DNA of 64,000 nt, from contig OX597837.1 of the NCBI GenBank assembly GCA_951406725.2, positions 2,852,001 to 2,916,000 on the forward strand, written 5' to 3'. The stretch comes from Octopus vulgaris (taxonomy: Eukaryota). Position numbers and translations under genes: made by a program. Positions 11,821 to 24,496 of this stretch are shown here, one piece after another. The first letter of the stretch is position 1. Each line of letters opens with the position of its first letter. The notes beneath the pieces were generated by a model. That model had not been told where the DNA came from and made no database searches. It saw only the letters and a list, made by a program, of their open reading frames with translations.

Positions 11821-12699
11821 ATGGATTTTTCTGAAAAATTGTCAATGAAGGAGGAAAAATCATCACACTCGTGTGATATCTGTCATAAGACATTTTCTCT
11901 GAAGGGTAACCTTACTCATCATAAACTGATTCACAGAAAGAGACCACATTATTGTGATACCTGTGGTAAATCTTTCTCTCAAATGCATTTGTTAACCACC
12001 CACCAACGCATTCACACTGAAGAGAAACCATACGAATGTCATATTTGTGCCAAATCATTTGCAGTAAAAAATAGCTTAATCAAACACATAGATATTCATA
12101 CAGGTGAAAAGCCATATCACTGTGATATCTGTAGTAAGTCATTCTTGCGTAAGCATTCCTTGGTTGTTCACAAACATGTCCATACTGGAGAAAAGCCACA
12201 TGCCTGTGACATCTGTGGTAAATCTTTCTCTCGAGTACATCACTTGATTACTCACAAGAATTTCCATATAGGTGAAAGACCATATAGATGTAATATCTGT
12301 GGTCAGTCGTTCATTTTGAAAAGTCACTTAAATGGTCACAAACGTACTCACACAGGTGAAAAACCATATCACTGTGATATCTGTGGTAAATCATTCTCCC
12401 AGACGAACGGCCTAACCAGTCACATTCGTATTCATACAGGTGAGAAACCCTTTCAGTGTAATACTTGTGGTGAGTCATTCTCTGAAAGGGGCAATTTAGC
12501 TAAACACAAATACCTTCATACGGGGGAGAAGTCTTATCACTGTGATATCTGTGGAAAATCATTCTTTCAAAAAGTACACTTAAATTCTCACCTACGTATT
12601 CATACTGGAGAGAGACCATATCCCTGTAAAATCTGTGATAAATCATTCAGTAACAGAAGCACATTAACTGTTCACAAACGTGTTCATACAGGTAAATAA
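11821..12699 (+). CDS. Poly-C2H2 zinc finger protein (ZNF gene 2), 10 fingers; close paralog of gene 1
   Basis: ATG 11821 (MDFSEKLS...), 10 canonical fingers, stop at the position homologous to gene 1. Confidence 0.92.
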   Translation: MDFSEKLSMKEEKSSHSCDICHKTFSLKGNLTHHKLIHRKRPHYCDTCGKSFSQMHLLTTHQRIHTEEKPYECHICAKSFAVKNSLIKHIDIHTGEKPYHCDICSKSFLRKHSLVVHKHVHTGEKPHACDICGKSFSRVHHLITHKNFHIGERPYRCNICGQSFILKSHLNGHKRTHTGEKPYHCDICGKSFSQTNGLTSHIRIHTGEKPFQCNTCGESFSERGNLAKHKYLHTGEKSYHCDICGKSFFQKVHLNSHLRIHTGERPYPCKICDKSFSNRSTLTVHKRVHTGK

Positions 12700-13532
12700 A
12701 AATATCACTGATGTTTGTGCTAAACCATTCTCCTATGGTCGTGTTTTAAATACACACAGATGTATTCAAAATGGGGAAAGCCATATCATTGTAACATCTG
12801 TGAGAAATCATTCTCTGTAAAAGTTCATATTAAGTAGACAGAAATACACTTATAACTACAGGACAGTAGCTGACCACTGTCATCTCTATATATGTATATA
12901 TAAATGGAAAAATGTCTGCGTGCGTGTCCTTTTACAAATCCACAATTTTTCAGTTAGAGGGCTCGCACTTTCTATGGTCATTCAAAACTGTCCAAGGGTG
13001 GTCGTGCACATCTTTACATTTCCCCAGTCACCCTGCAAAGCCATTAAAAAATCAATAGAAGTGACTTTTTTGTGAATTTTCTATCCAAAACCCAATCAAA
13101 ATGCCCGAAACTTGATACGCCAATTGAATGCCAGCTAGATGTATGTAATTGGTCGGAGATTTGGACAGTACTCTCCGGGTCATAGTGCCAGTGTGTTATA
13201 AGTCATTCCCTCAAACCCCAGTCATTTAAGTATTTTCAGATGTATTTGTACAGGTGAGATACTCTATCAGCACGATATTTGTGGTAAATCTTTCTTACAA
13301 ATTACTGACATAAGAAAGCACAATTGCATTTTTTGCAGGAGAAAAACCATATCACTGTAATCATCATCATCATCATCATCATCGTTTAACGTCCGCTTTC
13401 CATGCTAGCATCTGTGATAAATCATTCTCTGTAAGAAGTGCTTTAACTACTCACGAATGCATTGTTACAGGTAAAAAATCACACTTGTCATGTCTGTAGC
13501 AAATCATTTTCTGAAAATAGTGATTTAATTAA

Positions 13533-13752
13533 CCCTTTAGTGTTCAGATTATTCTGTCAAATGTGATGTTTGTATATTCAAAATGGTTTGAATTAATCAT
13601 GCATTATCTTGTAGCTTAGATATTTCAGTGATGTGATTTTTCAGTTTTAGAATGACATGGTAGGGCTGAGGTGAGAGGCGAGATCGGGTCAGTTTCAATA
13701 TAAAACAGGTTAAATATTTTGTCCGGATATGGCCAGTTTGAGTGCTAAAGGG
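13533..13752. mobile_element. piggyBac-type MITE
   Basis: TTAA|CCCTTTAG..CTAAAGGG|TTAA; inverted family member at 57788-58006. Confidence 0.85.
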
Positions 13753-14309
13753 TTAAACACAGACATATTCATTGTAAAGAAAAGCTATATCACAGTTATA
13801 CCTGTGGAAGGAAATTCTTTAATAAATGACTCATCTAAGTATAAAGATACATTTTGTGAAGTGGGTGGTAAATGAACAGAGACATCAGCACTCTAATGTT
13901 GTCACAGACATGACAACTTCTTCAATTCTGGTTCCACAATAAAATATGTCCAGTACAATGTGAAATTCATGATGATGATATCTCAGGAAGGCAGTCATTA
14001 AAACCATCCACCAAAAATGGAAAAGAGAAATGAAATGTTTTCCCTGACTCATCCAGGACTTAGAAAGGAGCTTTCCTTTTTGTTATGGTAACAAGAATTA
14101 TAAATTCATTAAATATATTGTATTGGTTATTGATTGATTAGCTGTTATTAAAATGACTTGTGTTTTAACAAGATTGAATTGCTGTTCACTTTCGTTTTCC
14201 ATTTTATTGAATTCAGTTATGTTTAGCATTTACTTATTTTAATTATTCTTAACTTTGCAAACTGATTCATTCTCTATTTCGGACCTTCACTAAAACCTTG
14301 CTTACTTAA

Positions 14310-14529
14310 CCCTTTCGTTACAGTATTTATTTTGAGATGCTCTGTGTTTCTTTCAATTACTTTAAATGTAACAAAGAATTTGGTAAAATAACTTAGTTAT
14401 CATTCAGCTAGTGTTAGGAACATAAATTGTGACTAAGGTTTGGTGGAAGATTTTAATTCAAAACTTATGAAAACAAGACATTTGTACTCAGAGCCAGAGG
14501 CAGTTTCAGCCGGGTTGGTAATGAAAGGG
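14310..14529. mobile_element. piggyBac-type MITE (second family)
   Basis: TTAA|CCCTTTCGTTAC..GTAATGAAAGGG|TTAA. Confidence 0.85.
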
Positions 14530-15539
14530 TTAAATGCACATTCAGCTTCAGACTGGCACCAGTTGAGAAAAGAATAAGATGAAAAGTATTTCAGTTATTT
14601 CTAAACTGAAGTTGAGAAAAGCTTTTATTAAAATTAATGTAATTTATGATGCATTTTTTTCCAATATAATACAATTCATAAAAAATTCTACTTTTAAGAA
14701 TAATGCAAGACAATTAAAAATCACAGTTTGTAGCCAGAGGCCTTAACCTGAAAAGTGCACAGCCTCACCTCTTTGTATTTAAGCCATCTACCTCACAAAA
14801 TTAAAGAATTTCTATCCATATTTTTAATGTGATCCCCTCTAAGATTAATCAAGTTTCACCAAGAGTTCATAGTCTGTTTATAGCCTTTTTAAATATCTCA
14901 ATATTAGGACATTACCAGGGATTCAAATATTGTCACATGCTGGCTTTGAAAATTTAAAAATAGATTTAACTCTCACTAAATGATGAAATCAATCACCCAA
15001 ACTGCATCAAATGGCTTAACAGTCAATCTCTCAATAAATATGCACGAGATGTAGATGGGTCTCAAGTTCATAATATGCTGCTGGAGGCAATCAATTCAGA
15101 AGTAATCACATTTTTGAAAGGAGTGTTTTCAGTATAGCATATCAAATTGAACTAACATAGATGCAGGCCTGGCTATGTGGTTAAGAGGTTTGCTTTGCAA
15201 CCATACATTTTAGGTTCCATCCTAGAATGCAGCACCCTGGGTAAGATTTTTTTCTGTAACATACCTGGGCCAACCAATGTATAACGTTTGAATTTGTTCA
15301 ACAGGAACTGTAGAAAGCTTGTCTTGTGTGTGAGAGGCTGTTGATATTCATTGTTTGCCCCTATTTAAGGGAAAATGTGTGGATGTTGGTATCTCAACTG
15401 GTTGCAGCCATGTTGGGGCTTTACCTTAAAGAATTTTAGTCAAACAGATTGACCCCTATACATTTTTTGTTTTTTAAGCCAGCGATTTATTTTATTGGTC
15501 TCTTGCTGAACAGCTAAGTTACAGGGACATAAACTCATC

Positions 15540-16830
15540 AGGTAATGGGAGAGGTGGGGGCACTGGTAAAACGCCTTGGTTGTGATGGTCTCATCATATA
15601 CACTCTGATCCTCATCTTTACTTGCCTGACCTTCATCAACTGATGAAGCACTGGGGCTAACATTTCTTGCACAAAGTCATTATACAGCTCATTGCCTTCC
15701 GTACCATCCATGGAATCTTGAGATCCCACACTTCAAAAATGATGTCGTCACAAGTTCACTTGGCATTTCAGTTCATGAATCTATCACCCATTGGCAAACC
15801 ATCTTAAGGTCAGGGCATTTAAAGTTCCCAGCCCTTGTCACCATTAGTCATCCATTCATTCCTCTTGACACGCATGTTCACCTTAAAAGGCTGGTTCACC
15901 GACACGTCAAGTGGCTGAAGCACAGATGTACATCCACCTGAAATCACAGCTCAGTAGGTACAATGCCCCTTTAATCTATTTTTTATGCTGTCGATCAGAT
16001 GAGCCCTGAACATGTCTCATACAAGAAGTGACTTTGAATTAACCATAGCCCCTGGGTGCCTGAACCACACGTCATTTAACCAGTTCGTCAATATAGTTTC
16101 ATCCACCCACCCTTTCTCCTATGCCTTTCGGAAACTTCTCTTTAGGAAAGTCTTTCTTTTAAAAACAACAACCATGTTAATTTTCATAAGTCAGCCATAC
16201 AAGCCAAAATTGTAGTGAAGTGGGCCTTGTTGCTCCCTGAAGTTTTTACTGAAGCTGTGTTTTTTTTCTTTAACGTCGACTGTTCGAGTTCCAACCATAT
16301 CTAAAAAAGGGGTGTCTCATCCATATTACTGCTTGCTTCCAAGGTAGACTTGTGGTTCTTTTGTAGGTCTATTACATACCAATAGAAGGAATCGACTTTG
16401 CTCTCTGTCAGTGGGTAATTCATGTGTGATATGAGTCCTTTGTCTCAGCATAAGATTGTGGCATTTCATAAACCTTATACACCAGCCAGACGATGCATTA
16501 AAGTTGGATATATCATGTTCTTTAGTCACTGGAAAAGCCCACAATCTAATGATGTTTCTCATGACAAGTCCGTTTATGCATAGTTCAGTCACCCAGCCTC
16601 TCAAAATAGTCTCCATCTCCTCATTGGGACTCATTCCTATCCCAATTTTCTTTAACGATTTGACATCAACGGATTTAATTTTTTCTTTCAAATGCCAATC
16701 CCTAACCATTTTTTCTGAGACCCCAAATTCTCTTTCTGCAACTCAATTTGAATGCGATTTCGCATATTCAACAACTTTCAGCTTGAAAGTCATATATGAT
16801 TTCTTCTTTTTCTTCATGTTAACTTATAAT
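15540..16830 (-). mobile_element. Degenerate pogo/Tigger-like transposase (CENP-B-type HTH plus DDE_1)
   Basis: FNASSGWCIRFMKCHNL..R..T in ORF 16326-16709; minus-strand VISGGCTSVLQPLDVSVNQPFK near 15885-15950; many stops and frameshifts. Confidence 0.8.
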
Positions 16831-17180
16831 ATCATCATCATCATCATCGTTTAGCGTCCGCTTTCCATGCTAGCATGGGTTGGACGGTTCAACTGGGGTC
16901 TGGGAAGCCAGAAGCCTGCACCAGGCCCAGTCTGATCTGGCAATGTTTCTACGGCTGGATGCCCTTCCTAACGCCAACCACTCCGTGAGTGTAGTGGGTG
17001 CTTTTTACGTGCCATGGGAGGCTGGCAAACGGCCAGGATTGGATGGTGCTTTTTATGTGCCACCGGCACGCGGCCAGTTGGGGCAGCGCTGGCAACGGCC
17101 ACATCTGGATGGTTCTCTAACATGCCACTGGCACTGGTATCACAGCTGCAATTTCCATTGATGTTGATCGATTTCGATTC
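16830..17180 (-). mobile_element. (GAT)n-tailed retroposon fragment (family of 1-345)
   Basis: (CAT)n-CGTTTAGCGTCCGCTTTCCATGCTAGCATGGG..; reverse complement of 1-345. Confidence 0.75.
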
Positions 17181-17660
17181 TATAATAATAATAATGAAAT
17201 TATTGTATACAGTGCTCAAGTGCACCACAACTTGTCAAAAGTGCATATAAAGCATATGCAGTAATGTACAAATGTCTGGAAAGCGAACAGTGTATGAGTC
17301 AGATACATGCTTGCGTGTGTATGGAGGGGAGAAAATCAGGTGTAGTGTTGGCGAATCTCAGGAAGTATGGAAGTTTTGAAGGATGCAATGCTCCAACAAC
17401 TAACAACTGATGCCAGCAGTTTGTTCCATGCTTCAGCAACTCTTAGCGTGAAAAAATGTTTCCGAAAGTCATGGGAGCTGTGCTGTTTTCTGACTTTGTA
17501 AACATGTCCACAGGTGTTAGACAGGTGGAGTTTGAAAAGGTGCTCAGAGTTATTGTTTGTAAGATGGTTGATAATTTTATGGGTGTCTGCCAAGTCAGCT
17601 GCCAGATGTCAGAGTTTCAATGTATCCATGCCCAGAGAAGTAAGGTCTTCAGAATATGGC
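17181..17660 (-). mobile_element. 5'-truncated CR1/L2-like LINE
   Basis: ORF 17336-17593 nearly identical to 2804-3130; (ATT)n tail. Confidence 0.85.
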
Positions 17661-17679
17661 ATCGAATTAAAGAAAGGCA

Positions 17680-18075
17680 GATAGGGTACAAAAACAAACA
17701 AGCATTAAACTGCAAGAGAAGTATTTAATAATAAGCCATTGTACTTGGCATTTCTTGATCTGGAGAAAGCCTTCAACAGAGTACCTTGCTCTGTAATGTA
17801 GTGTTATCTTAGGAAACTAGGGATAGATGAATGGCTTGTGAAAGCAGTACAAGGCATCTACAGGGATGTGGTTAGTAAGGTAAGAGTTAGCTATCAGCAC
17901 AGTGATGAATTGAGTGTTCAAGGCTTGGTCCTCGGGCCCTCTCCTATTCATCATCGTCTTCCAGGCCATAACAGGAATTTAAGACTGGCTGCCCAATAGA
18001 ACTATCGTATACTGATGATGTTAGTCTGGTAGGAGAAAAGAAATTCCAAATGTGGAAACAAAACCCAGAATCAAA
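17680..18075 (+). mobile_element. Degenerate RTE-like reverse transcriptase fragment
   Basis: LQEKYL..LYLAFLDLEKAFNRVP and ELSYTDD (YADD-like) segments; homologous to 43160-44420. Confidence 0.7.
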
Positions 18076-18962
18076 ATAATTTAATCATTTAGAAATATTT
18101 TTAACTGAATGGGATTTCAAAAATATAAGTTGTATGGACGGTAAGTATTTATATTTCAGCTTTCTTTAAACAGACAATATTTTCATGTTTTTTTAAAATT
18201 ATTCTCAAGTCGTTAATTTCCGTAAAAAAGGGCACAGAAATATTTTTTAAAGTTTAAGAGAGGAGAAAGTGAAAGATGTATGTACAAATGTATGAAATGG
18301 ACGTGTGTGTGAGAGAGAGTGAGTGAAGGGGTGTGTTGTCATGCATACGTACATACATCAATATATATACGTATATCTTTTTTGTATGTACGAGTGCATA
18401 GGTGTGTGAGAGAGAGAGTGAGTGAACGTATGTTCTCAGGTATGTGTAAATAGCACTCACTCACACTCATCTAGGCAAGACTTCCTTTTGTACCCCCACC
18501 CGTCGTCAAAACACCCCTTTTTAAAATTTAATTTTTTTCTGCACAAATCCCCGTTTTCGGCTACGAGAATACGAATCTGCAAAACAAATTTAGAAAAAAT
18601 TGGTATTTTGAAATTACCCCCACCCCTAATTTCTTCATTTTTAACTTCTTTCAGAAATTTTTTTTTTAAAATTTGCGAAAAAATATGCAGATTATGATTG
18701 TGAAAAAAATTTCCAAAAATGTTTGTAAAATATTTCATTTCAGAATATGCAGAAAAATACGGAAATTATTATTCTGAAAAAATTTCCAAAAATTTTTCTA
18801 GTTAGGGTTAGGATAAAAAGTGAAAAATGAAGAAATTGGGGGTAAGTGGGAGGGGACCAAGAAATTTCAACTGCATTGATTAAATTGGAAGGTAAAAGGC
18901 GTCCGTGACTCAGAGGAAGCGATATGTTAAATCATATGTTGTGTCTTGGTTGTACCGTATCT

Positions 18963-19506
18963 GGATCTTTTAGGTTTGAACGGCAGTTTTTAACATGATT
19001 TCTAGGTAACTAAAAAATTTTATACTTCGTATACCGGTAGAATGTGTTTATAAAACATCTTTTTCTCTTGGCTTTATTGAGAAAATGGAAAACTTACAAA
19101 TTACAATTTTCTCAAAAAAGCCAAGTGAAAATAATGTTTTCTTTTGACACATTCTACCAGTATACGAAGTTTCAAATTGTTTAGTTAACTAGAAATTGGG
19201 TTGAATTCTGTCTATCAAAAGGAAAAGATCCTAGAAAATTTTATAGTTTGTAAGATATTTGTTGTTTTTTTTTTCTTCAATTTCAACCAATCACTGACGT
19301 CTATTGAGGTAAAAAAAAAAAACATTCTGTGCCGTATGAATATGTCCCTCGTTTAAGAAACAGATTAAGTTTATTTACATTTCTGAAGAAAAAAAGATAC
19401 CCTAAAACAGATTGAAATGCAATAGATCGATACTAGGGTCATAATTATGGGTGACAATTTCATATGACACCGCTAGAAAAAAATGCCGTTCAAACCGAAA
19501 AGATCT
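18963..19506. mobile_element. GGATCT-family MITE with a nested related fragment
   Basis: Terminal repeats; TSD CCGTATCT/CCGTATTT. Confidence 0.75.
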
Positions 19507-19677
19507 CCGTATTTTTCGGCTGACTAAATTGAAAACCGCGCGTTTTTCTGCTGAGCAGCTCTCATTGGTTGAAATGGACATGGCACCACTATGCTAATGC
19601 GCGGCAACCCAAACGTGACTTCCCTACTCACTACAATTATAATACCCAAAAACTGTTGTTATCAAAATATCTTTGCC

Positions 19678-19827
19678 TGTGGTAAGTAGTATGCTTACCA
19701 ACCACATGGTTCCGGGTTCAGTCCCACTGCGTGGGACCTTGGGCAAGTGTCTTCTACTATAGCCTCGGGCCGACCAAAGCCTTGTGAGTGGATTTGGTAG
19801 ACGGAAACTGAAAAGAAGCCCGTCATA

Positions 19828-19877
<50 letters not shown>

Positions 19878-19932
19878 TAATGCAATGCAAAGTATTGCCT
19901 TCCAGTAAAAAGTAGCCATTTATTTACTAATT

Positions 19933-19988
<56 letters not shown>

Positions 19989-20190
19989 CGTGTGTGTTTG
20001 TCCCCCTAGCATTGTTTGACAACCGATGCTGGTGTGTTTATGTCCCCGTTACTTAGCGGTTCGGCAAAAGACCGATAGAATAAGTACTAGGCTTACAAAA
20101 GAATAACCCCGGGGTCGAGTTGCTCGACTAAAGGCGGTGCTCCAGCATGGCCGCAGTCAAATGACTGAGACAAGTAAAAGAGTAAAGAGC
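19678..20190 (+). mobile_element. tRNA-derived SINE with internal (TA)n expansions
   Basis: Family match; forms an inverted pair with 20326-20698. Confidence 0.8.
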
Positions 20191-20325
20191 ATCTCCTTTC
20201 ACGGAAAAATAACAGCCTCTCTATGTCTGACAATTGAATCAGAAGGGTGAAGCATGGGGAAATGGAAAATATTTCATGCAGAAGTTAATTTTGTGAAGAA
20301 GTTCATTAAAAGTATTTCAACCTAC

Positions 20326-20698
20326 TCTTACTCTTTTTCACTTGTTTCAGTCATTTGACTGCGGCCATGCCGGAGCACCGCCTTTAGTCGAGCAAATCGA
20401 CCCCGAGACTTATTCTTTGTAAGCCCAGTACTTATTCTATCGGTCTCTTTTGCCAAACCGCTAAGTGACGGGGACGTAAACACACCAGCATCGGTTGTCA
20501 AGCAATGCTGGGGGGACAAACACAGACACAAACATATACGACGGGCTTCTTTCAGTTTCCGTCTACCAAATCCACTCACAAGGCATTGGTCAGCCCGGGG
20601 CTATAGCAGAAGACACTTGCCCAAGATGCCACGCAGTGGGACTGAACCCGGAATCATGTGGTTGGTTAGCATGCTACTTACCACACAGCCACTCCTGC
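20326..20698 (-). mobile_element. tRNA-derived SINE, near full length
   Basis: Reverse complement of GCAGGAGTGGCTGTGTGGTAAG..GAAACAAGT. Confidence 0.85.
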
Positions 20699-20863
20699 GG
20701 ATCTTTTCGGTTCGGTTTCAAACCGCAAAGACCCCAACCTACTGATATAATCTCATATTCATATATCCTAAAGAGTAGATAGACTTCTTTTGAAAATTTA
20801 GGTATTATATGTGATTTAAATATTTTATCTTTATGAAAAATCACATATCTAGTAGAAACACTG

Positions 20864-21090
20864 GGTACTACTAGCGAACGTAGTCACGCATCCGCGCTAG
20901 CTAGTCGTGACTAGTCGATCCTACAACGACTAACTAGCAAAGGAAATAAAACAGAAAATAAATAATTTTTTTTACACAAAGTAAATAAAATCCAAAAACA
21001 CAAAGTAAGGATCGACTAGTCATGACTAGCTGGCATTGATGCGCGACTACGCGAGTGCGCGCACCGGGACCACTGTTCGCTAGTAGTACC
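20864..21090. mobile_element. MITE with GGTACTACTAGCGAAC termini and a 9-bp TSD (Merlin- or Mutator-like)
   Basis: TSD GAAACACTG at 20855-20863 and 21091-21099; second copy at 35411-35612. Confidence 0.85.
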
Positions 21091-21152
21091 GAAACACTGT
21101 GCATTTCCTCGTTATCTTAGAACACGTGGAAGGAGACACTACCATTGAGGGT

Positions 21153-21362
21153 GTAATATTTGAGTTCGAAAGTGCGGCTGGAGACGAAGTCAGCTTCACT
21201 CGTTCATAGTGACACGGGGTCATTGGAGAAGAAACAAGGAACCGTCTGAATGTCGATGTGGAAGGAAGACGATGAAAGGTTGCTAAACCTCGTTCTACCA
21301 ATTAAATATTTGTTCTGATGGAAACGTATAACATACTGATTAAGTGTTTGCATTTGAAAACG
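21153..21362 (+). promoter_or_regulatory. Putative promoter and non-coding exon 1 of ZNF unit 3
   Basis: GTAATATTTGAGTTCGAAAGTGCGGC (core 21167-21178); donor AAAACG|GTAAGT at 21362/21363; acceptor ends at 24157. Confidence 0.6.
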
Positions 21363-22046
21363 GTAAGTTGATAAACGTTCATTTCAATGGTGTAATAATT
21401 CGTTTATTGGCCAAAAGGGCTGACAAAAATCAATTAAAACATAAGGGGACAAAACACAGGACGAAAGTTACAAAGGGTTTGTCCATTTGAAAAAAGTCCG
21501 AGTACAAAGCAGGATGACAACGGAAAATAAGTAACAATTAAAACTCCCAATTAGAGAGAGGCGCTTCGAAAGGTTACACGTGGCAAAACCCATAAAAGCC
21601 ACGGGAGCCTGGTCAGAGCCCCTTTCTCCTTTTATATTTCCTTTTTAATTTTCACAGGTGTATCCTCAGAATTGGTCTGTTCATATTATAATAATATATG
21701 TAAATAATAGAATTGTGGGGGCTCCTTTAGAAAGAAGCGCACCTCTCCAAGAAAAGGGCGCCAAATTTCTAAAAACAAATTATGAAAATGGGAAATATAT
21801 CCAAGATCTATGAAGTATGCAAAAAATTAGGAAGATTCATTGATTTTTAAATATTTTATACTAAAAAATAAAACCACGAAAACGGGCACTCGCGAATATA
21901 AACAGGAATGTCAGGCGATTATTAAAGATACGAGGGGCCCGACAGCAACGTTCGCAAATTCTTGATTGTTTTTAATCAGATTTTTTACTGCGCACACTGG
22001 TTAGGGTTAGGTGGTGTGGATTCGCTTTATCTTCACCCATTTTATG

Positions 22047-22620
22047 ATGTGATTCCGACGTGGACAAGGAAACTGTCCAGCACGCTATTGTACAATGTCG
22101 GGAGCTATCCAGCTTGATAAGTTACGTCGAACACTTGCTGTCGCATCTGGGACAAGTACAGCTGAATCTATGATAAAGATGATACCTAAAGGGGACAAAC
22201 AAGGACAGACGAAATACCGCTAAGCATTTCGCCCGGCGTGCTAACGATTCTGCCAGCTCGCCTCCCTATGATAAAGATGATACCGTTAACTGGACCCACA
22301 AAGGAAGGTAAGGCATGTTTTTACTGCACGGTTGCAGTACTGAAAGAGTGTGTGTGGAGGACGAGAACGGAAGGTTCTGTGAAAGGGTCCGTCATCTCTG
22401 ACCCCGTTTTGTTGTCTTACTTCAGATACCATCTGAAGAGCAAGATGGGGTTGGAGAGGAGGACCCTGCCACCGAAAGAATACGAGAAACGATGGAAGGA
22501 TGTGATGAGAAAGGTGGGTGTTAGTAACGCAGCTTTAATCATTGACGAAAGGAAAAGATCGTTACTGGGCCTTTTAGGCTGCCGGGTTCGATCTTTTAAT
22601 CTTTTTATTCGTTTTCTTGC
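22047..22620 (+). mobile_element. L1/Tx1-like LINE ORF2 C-terminal fragment
   Basis: ETVQHAIVQC (CCHC knuckle end) followed by ..LKECVWRTR..YFRYHLK..ERR....EYEKRW; interrupted by a SINE stub at ~22190-22265. Confidence 0.6.
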
Positions 22621-22640
22621 TTTGTTTAAAAAAAAAAAAG

Positions 22641-23137
22641 GGTTAATATCTAGATCCGCACCCGGTGGGAAAAATGGAAACGAAAATGTGTAACAGTTGT
22701 AAGGCATCGTATATTGAAGGAATATGACGAAAAAAAAAGCGCGCTGACAAACGGGGGGGGTCGGAAAATTGCCTACGATTTAAAGAAAAATTTACCATCA
22801 ATTTTCACCATTTTAAACGCATTTCACACACATAGCCCAATGTCATAATTCAAAACTAACGCAGCAAAAATTTTGAAAAGTTCTCCCAGTTCTGAAAAAA
22901 ATCGATAAATTCGACATGGGGTCGCGAATCAGAAACACAATGGTGAAAATTGATGGTAAATTTTTCTTTAAATCGTAGGCAATTTTCCGAGCCCCCCCCC
23001 CGTTTGTCAGCGCGCTTTTTTCCCGTCTTATTCCGTCAATATACGATGCCTTACAACTGTTACACATTTTCGTTTCCATTTTTCCCACCGGGTGCGGATC
23101 TCATTTTTCCCACCGGGTGCGGATCTAGATATTAACC
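22641..23137. mobile_element. Young MITE with ~170-bp inverted arms
   Basis: GGTTAATATCTAGATCCGCACCCGGTGGG..CCCACCGGGTGCGGATCTAGATATTAACC; a ~25-bp subterminal block is duplicated at the right end. Confidence 0.85.
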
Positions 23138-24496
23138 AGAAAAAGATTGTAGTGAGGGTGTTCCCCCTTCGCAAATATAAGGACGCAGGAAATGTGTCGA
23201 AGCCGACAGGAAGCGTCGATGCTTCCTAGGGCTAAATAGCGGTGTTATGATTCCCTTTATGGGACTGTCACGTTAAGTTGACAGTATACAACCACTCTAG
23301 CGCTCATGTCTCTCAGACATTTAGAAATTCAATATTTCTAATTGTAAAACGGTCTTCTCACAATTCGCAGGCGATATTGTCGGGCCCCTTAATTAATAAT
23401 ATCTAACTGGTAAGTTGTCCAACATGTTTGATTGTATTCGCCAGTTTTTCGTATATTATTTTTTAGTATAAAATATTTAAAGATAGATGAATCTTCCTAA
23501 TTTTTTGCATGCTTCATTTATTTTGGATATATTGCCCATTTCCGTAATTTTTTCTAACAAGTAAGCGTCACTTTCTTGGACAGGTGCGCTTCTAAAAAAG
23601 CGCTGAATTGTGTTTCACGTGGAGAATAAGGTAATTGATTATATTGGAGTAAAAACACATAAGAATAGGAAAAGATATTTCCTTTAAGAATACTAATTAT
23701 TTTGTATTGGAAATAACTTTGTGGAAAAGAATTTCCATGTCTTGACTTTTATGTAGAGGATAATTCTTCCAAAATGAAATGATGGTCTCTATTGTTGAAA
23801 CGAAAACAAAACAGGAAAAAAGTGCAACGGGTGTAAAAAAAAAAATGTCTATGGAACGAATATGAAAACAAAAATGCATACAAAGCAACGTAGGAGGGGG
23901 GCTGAGCATTGTTTTTGATTTTCCTTGAAGATACAATGACTGAAGTCACTTGTTCATATATGCGTAATCTCTCTTGTTTGTTGTAATATTGGTAATGTTT
24001 CACAACCTGAAGGTGTATCTGTATTTAGTAAATGTGTTAACAAATTCAAAAGTAAAGTTCAGTTGTTGAGGTGAATGTAGAATTGTAGTAAACTTTCAGT
24101 CATATCTCTGCTTTTTAATCTTCTTCAATATCTTACACTATTTCTCTGTCATTTCAGAATAACTGATGACATTGGCACTAAAGCTATAGCATCAATATGT
24201 ATCAACATTTATTGACAAGAGGAAGATTTTATACAGAAGGACTTACATCTCCATTGCAACAAATTTACTGAGAGTTAGTTCTTCGGAGTGAGACATTTCC
24301 AATCATTGCCTGCAAGGTGCAGGGGATGATTTTATGTTCCATCTAAATTTGGACAGATTTTCTAATGAACTTCCTACTGTTTTCTGATGCCAACAAAGAT
24401 AACAATTGATGGAAATATTGCAGTAGAAGGATTTTCATCAGTGCAGTAATAAATAGTGAAAACAATATAATTGTTGGGTGAAAATATTAAAGAAGA

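Larger units (their letters stand above)
21718..23604. mobile_element. Composite non-autonomous DNA transposon with long terminal inverted repeats and an 8-bp TSD
   Basis: TSD GAATTGTG on both sides; ~250-bp imperfect inverted arms (AGAAGCGCACCT..AGGTGCGCTTCT); carries nested LINE and MITE. Confidence 0.75.
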
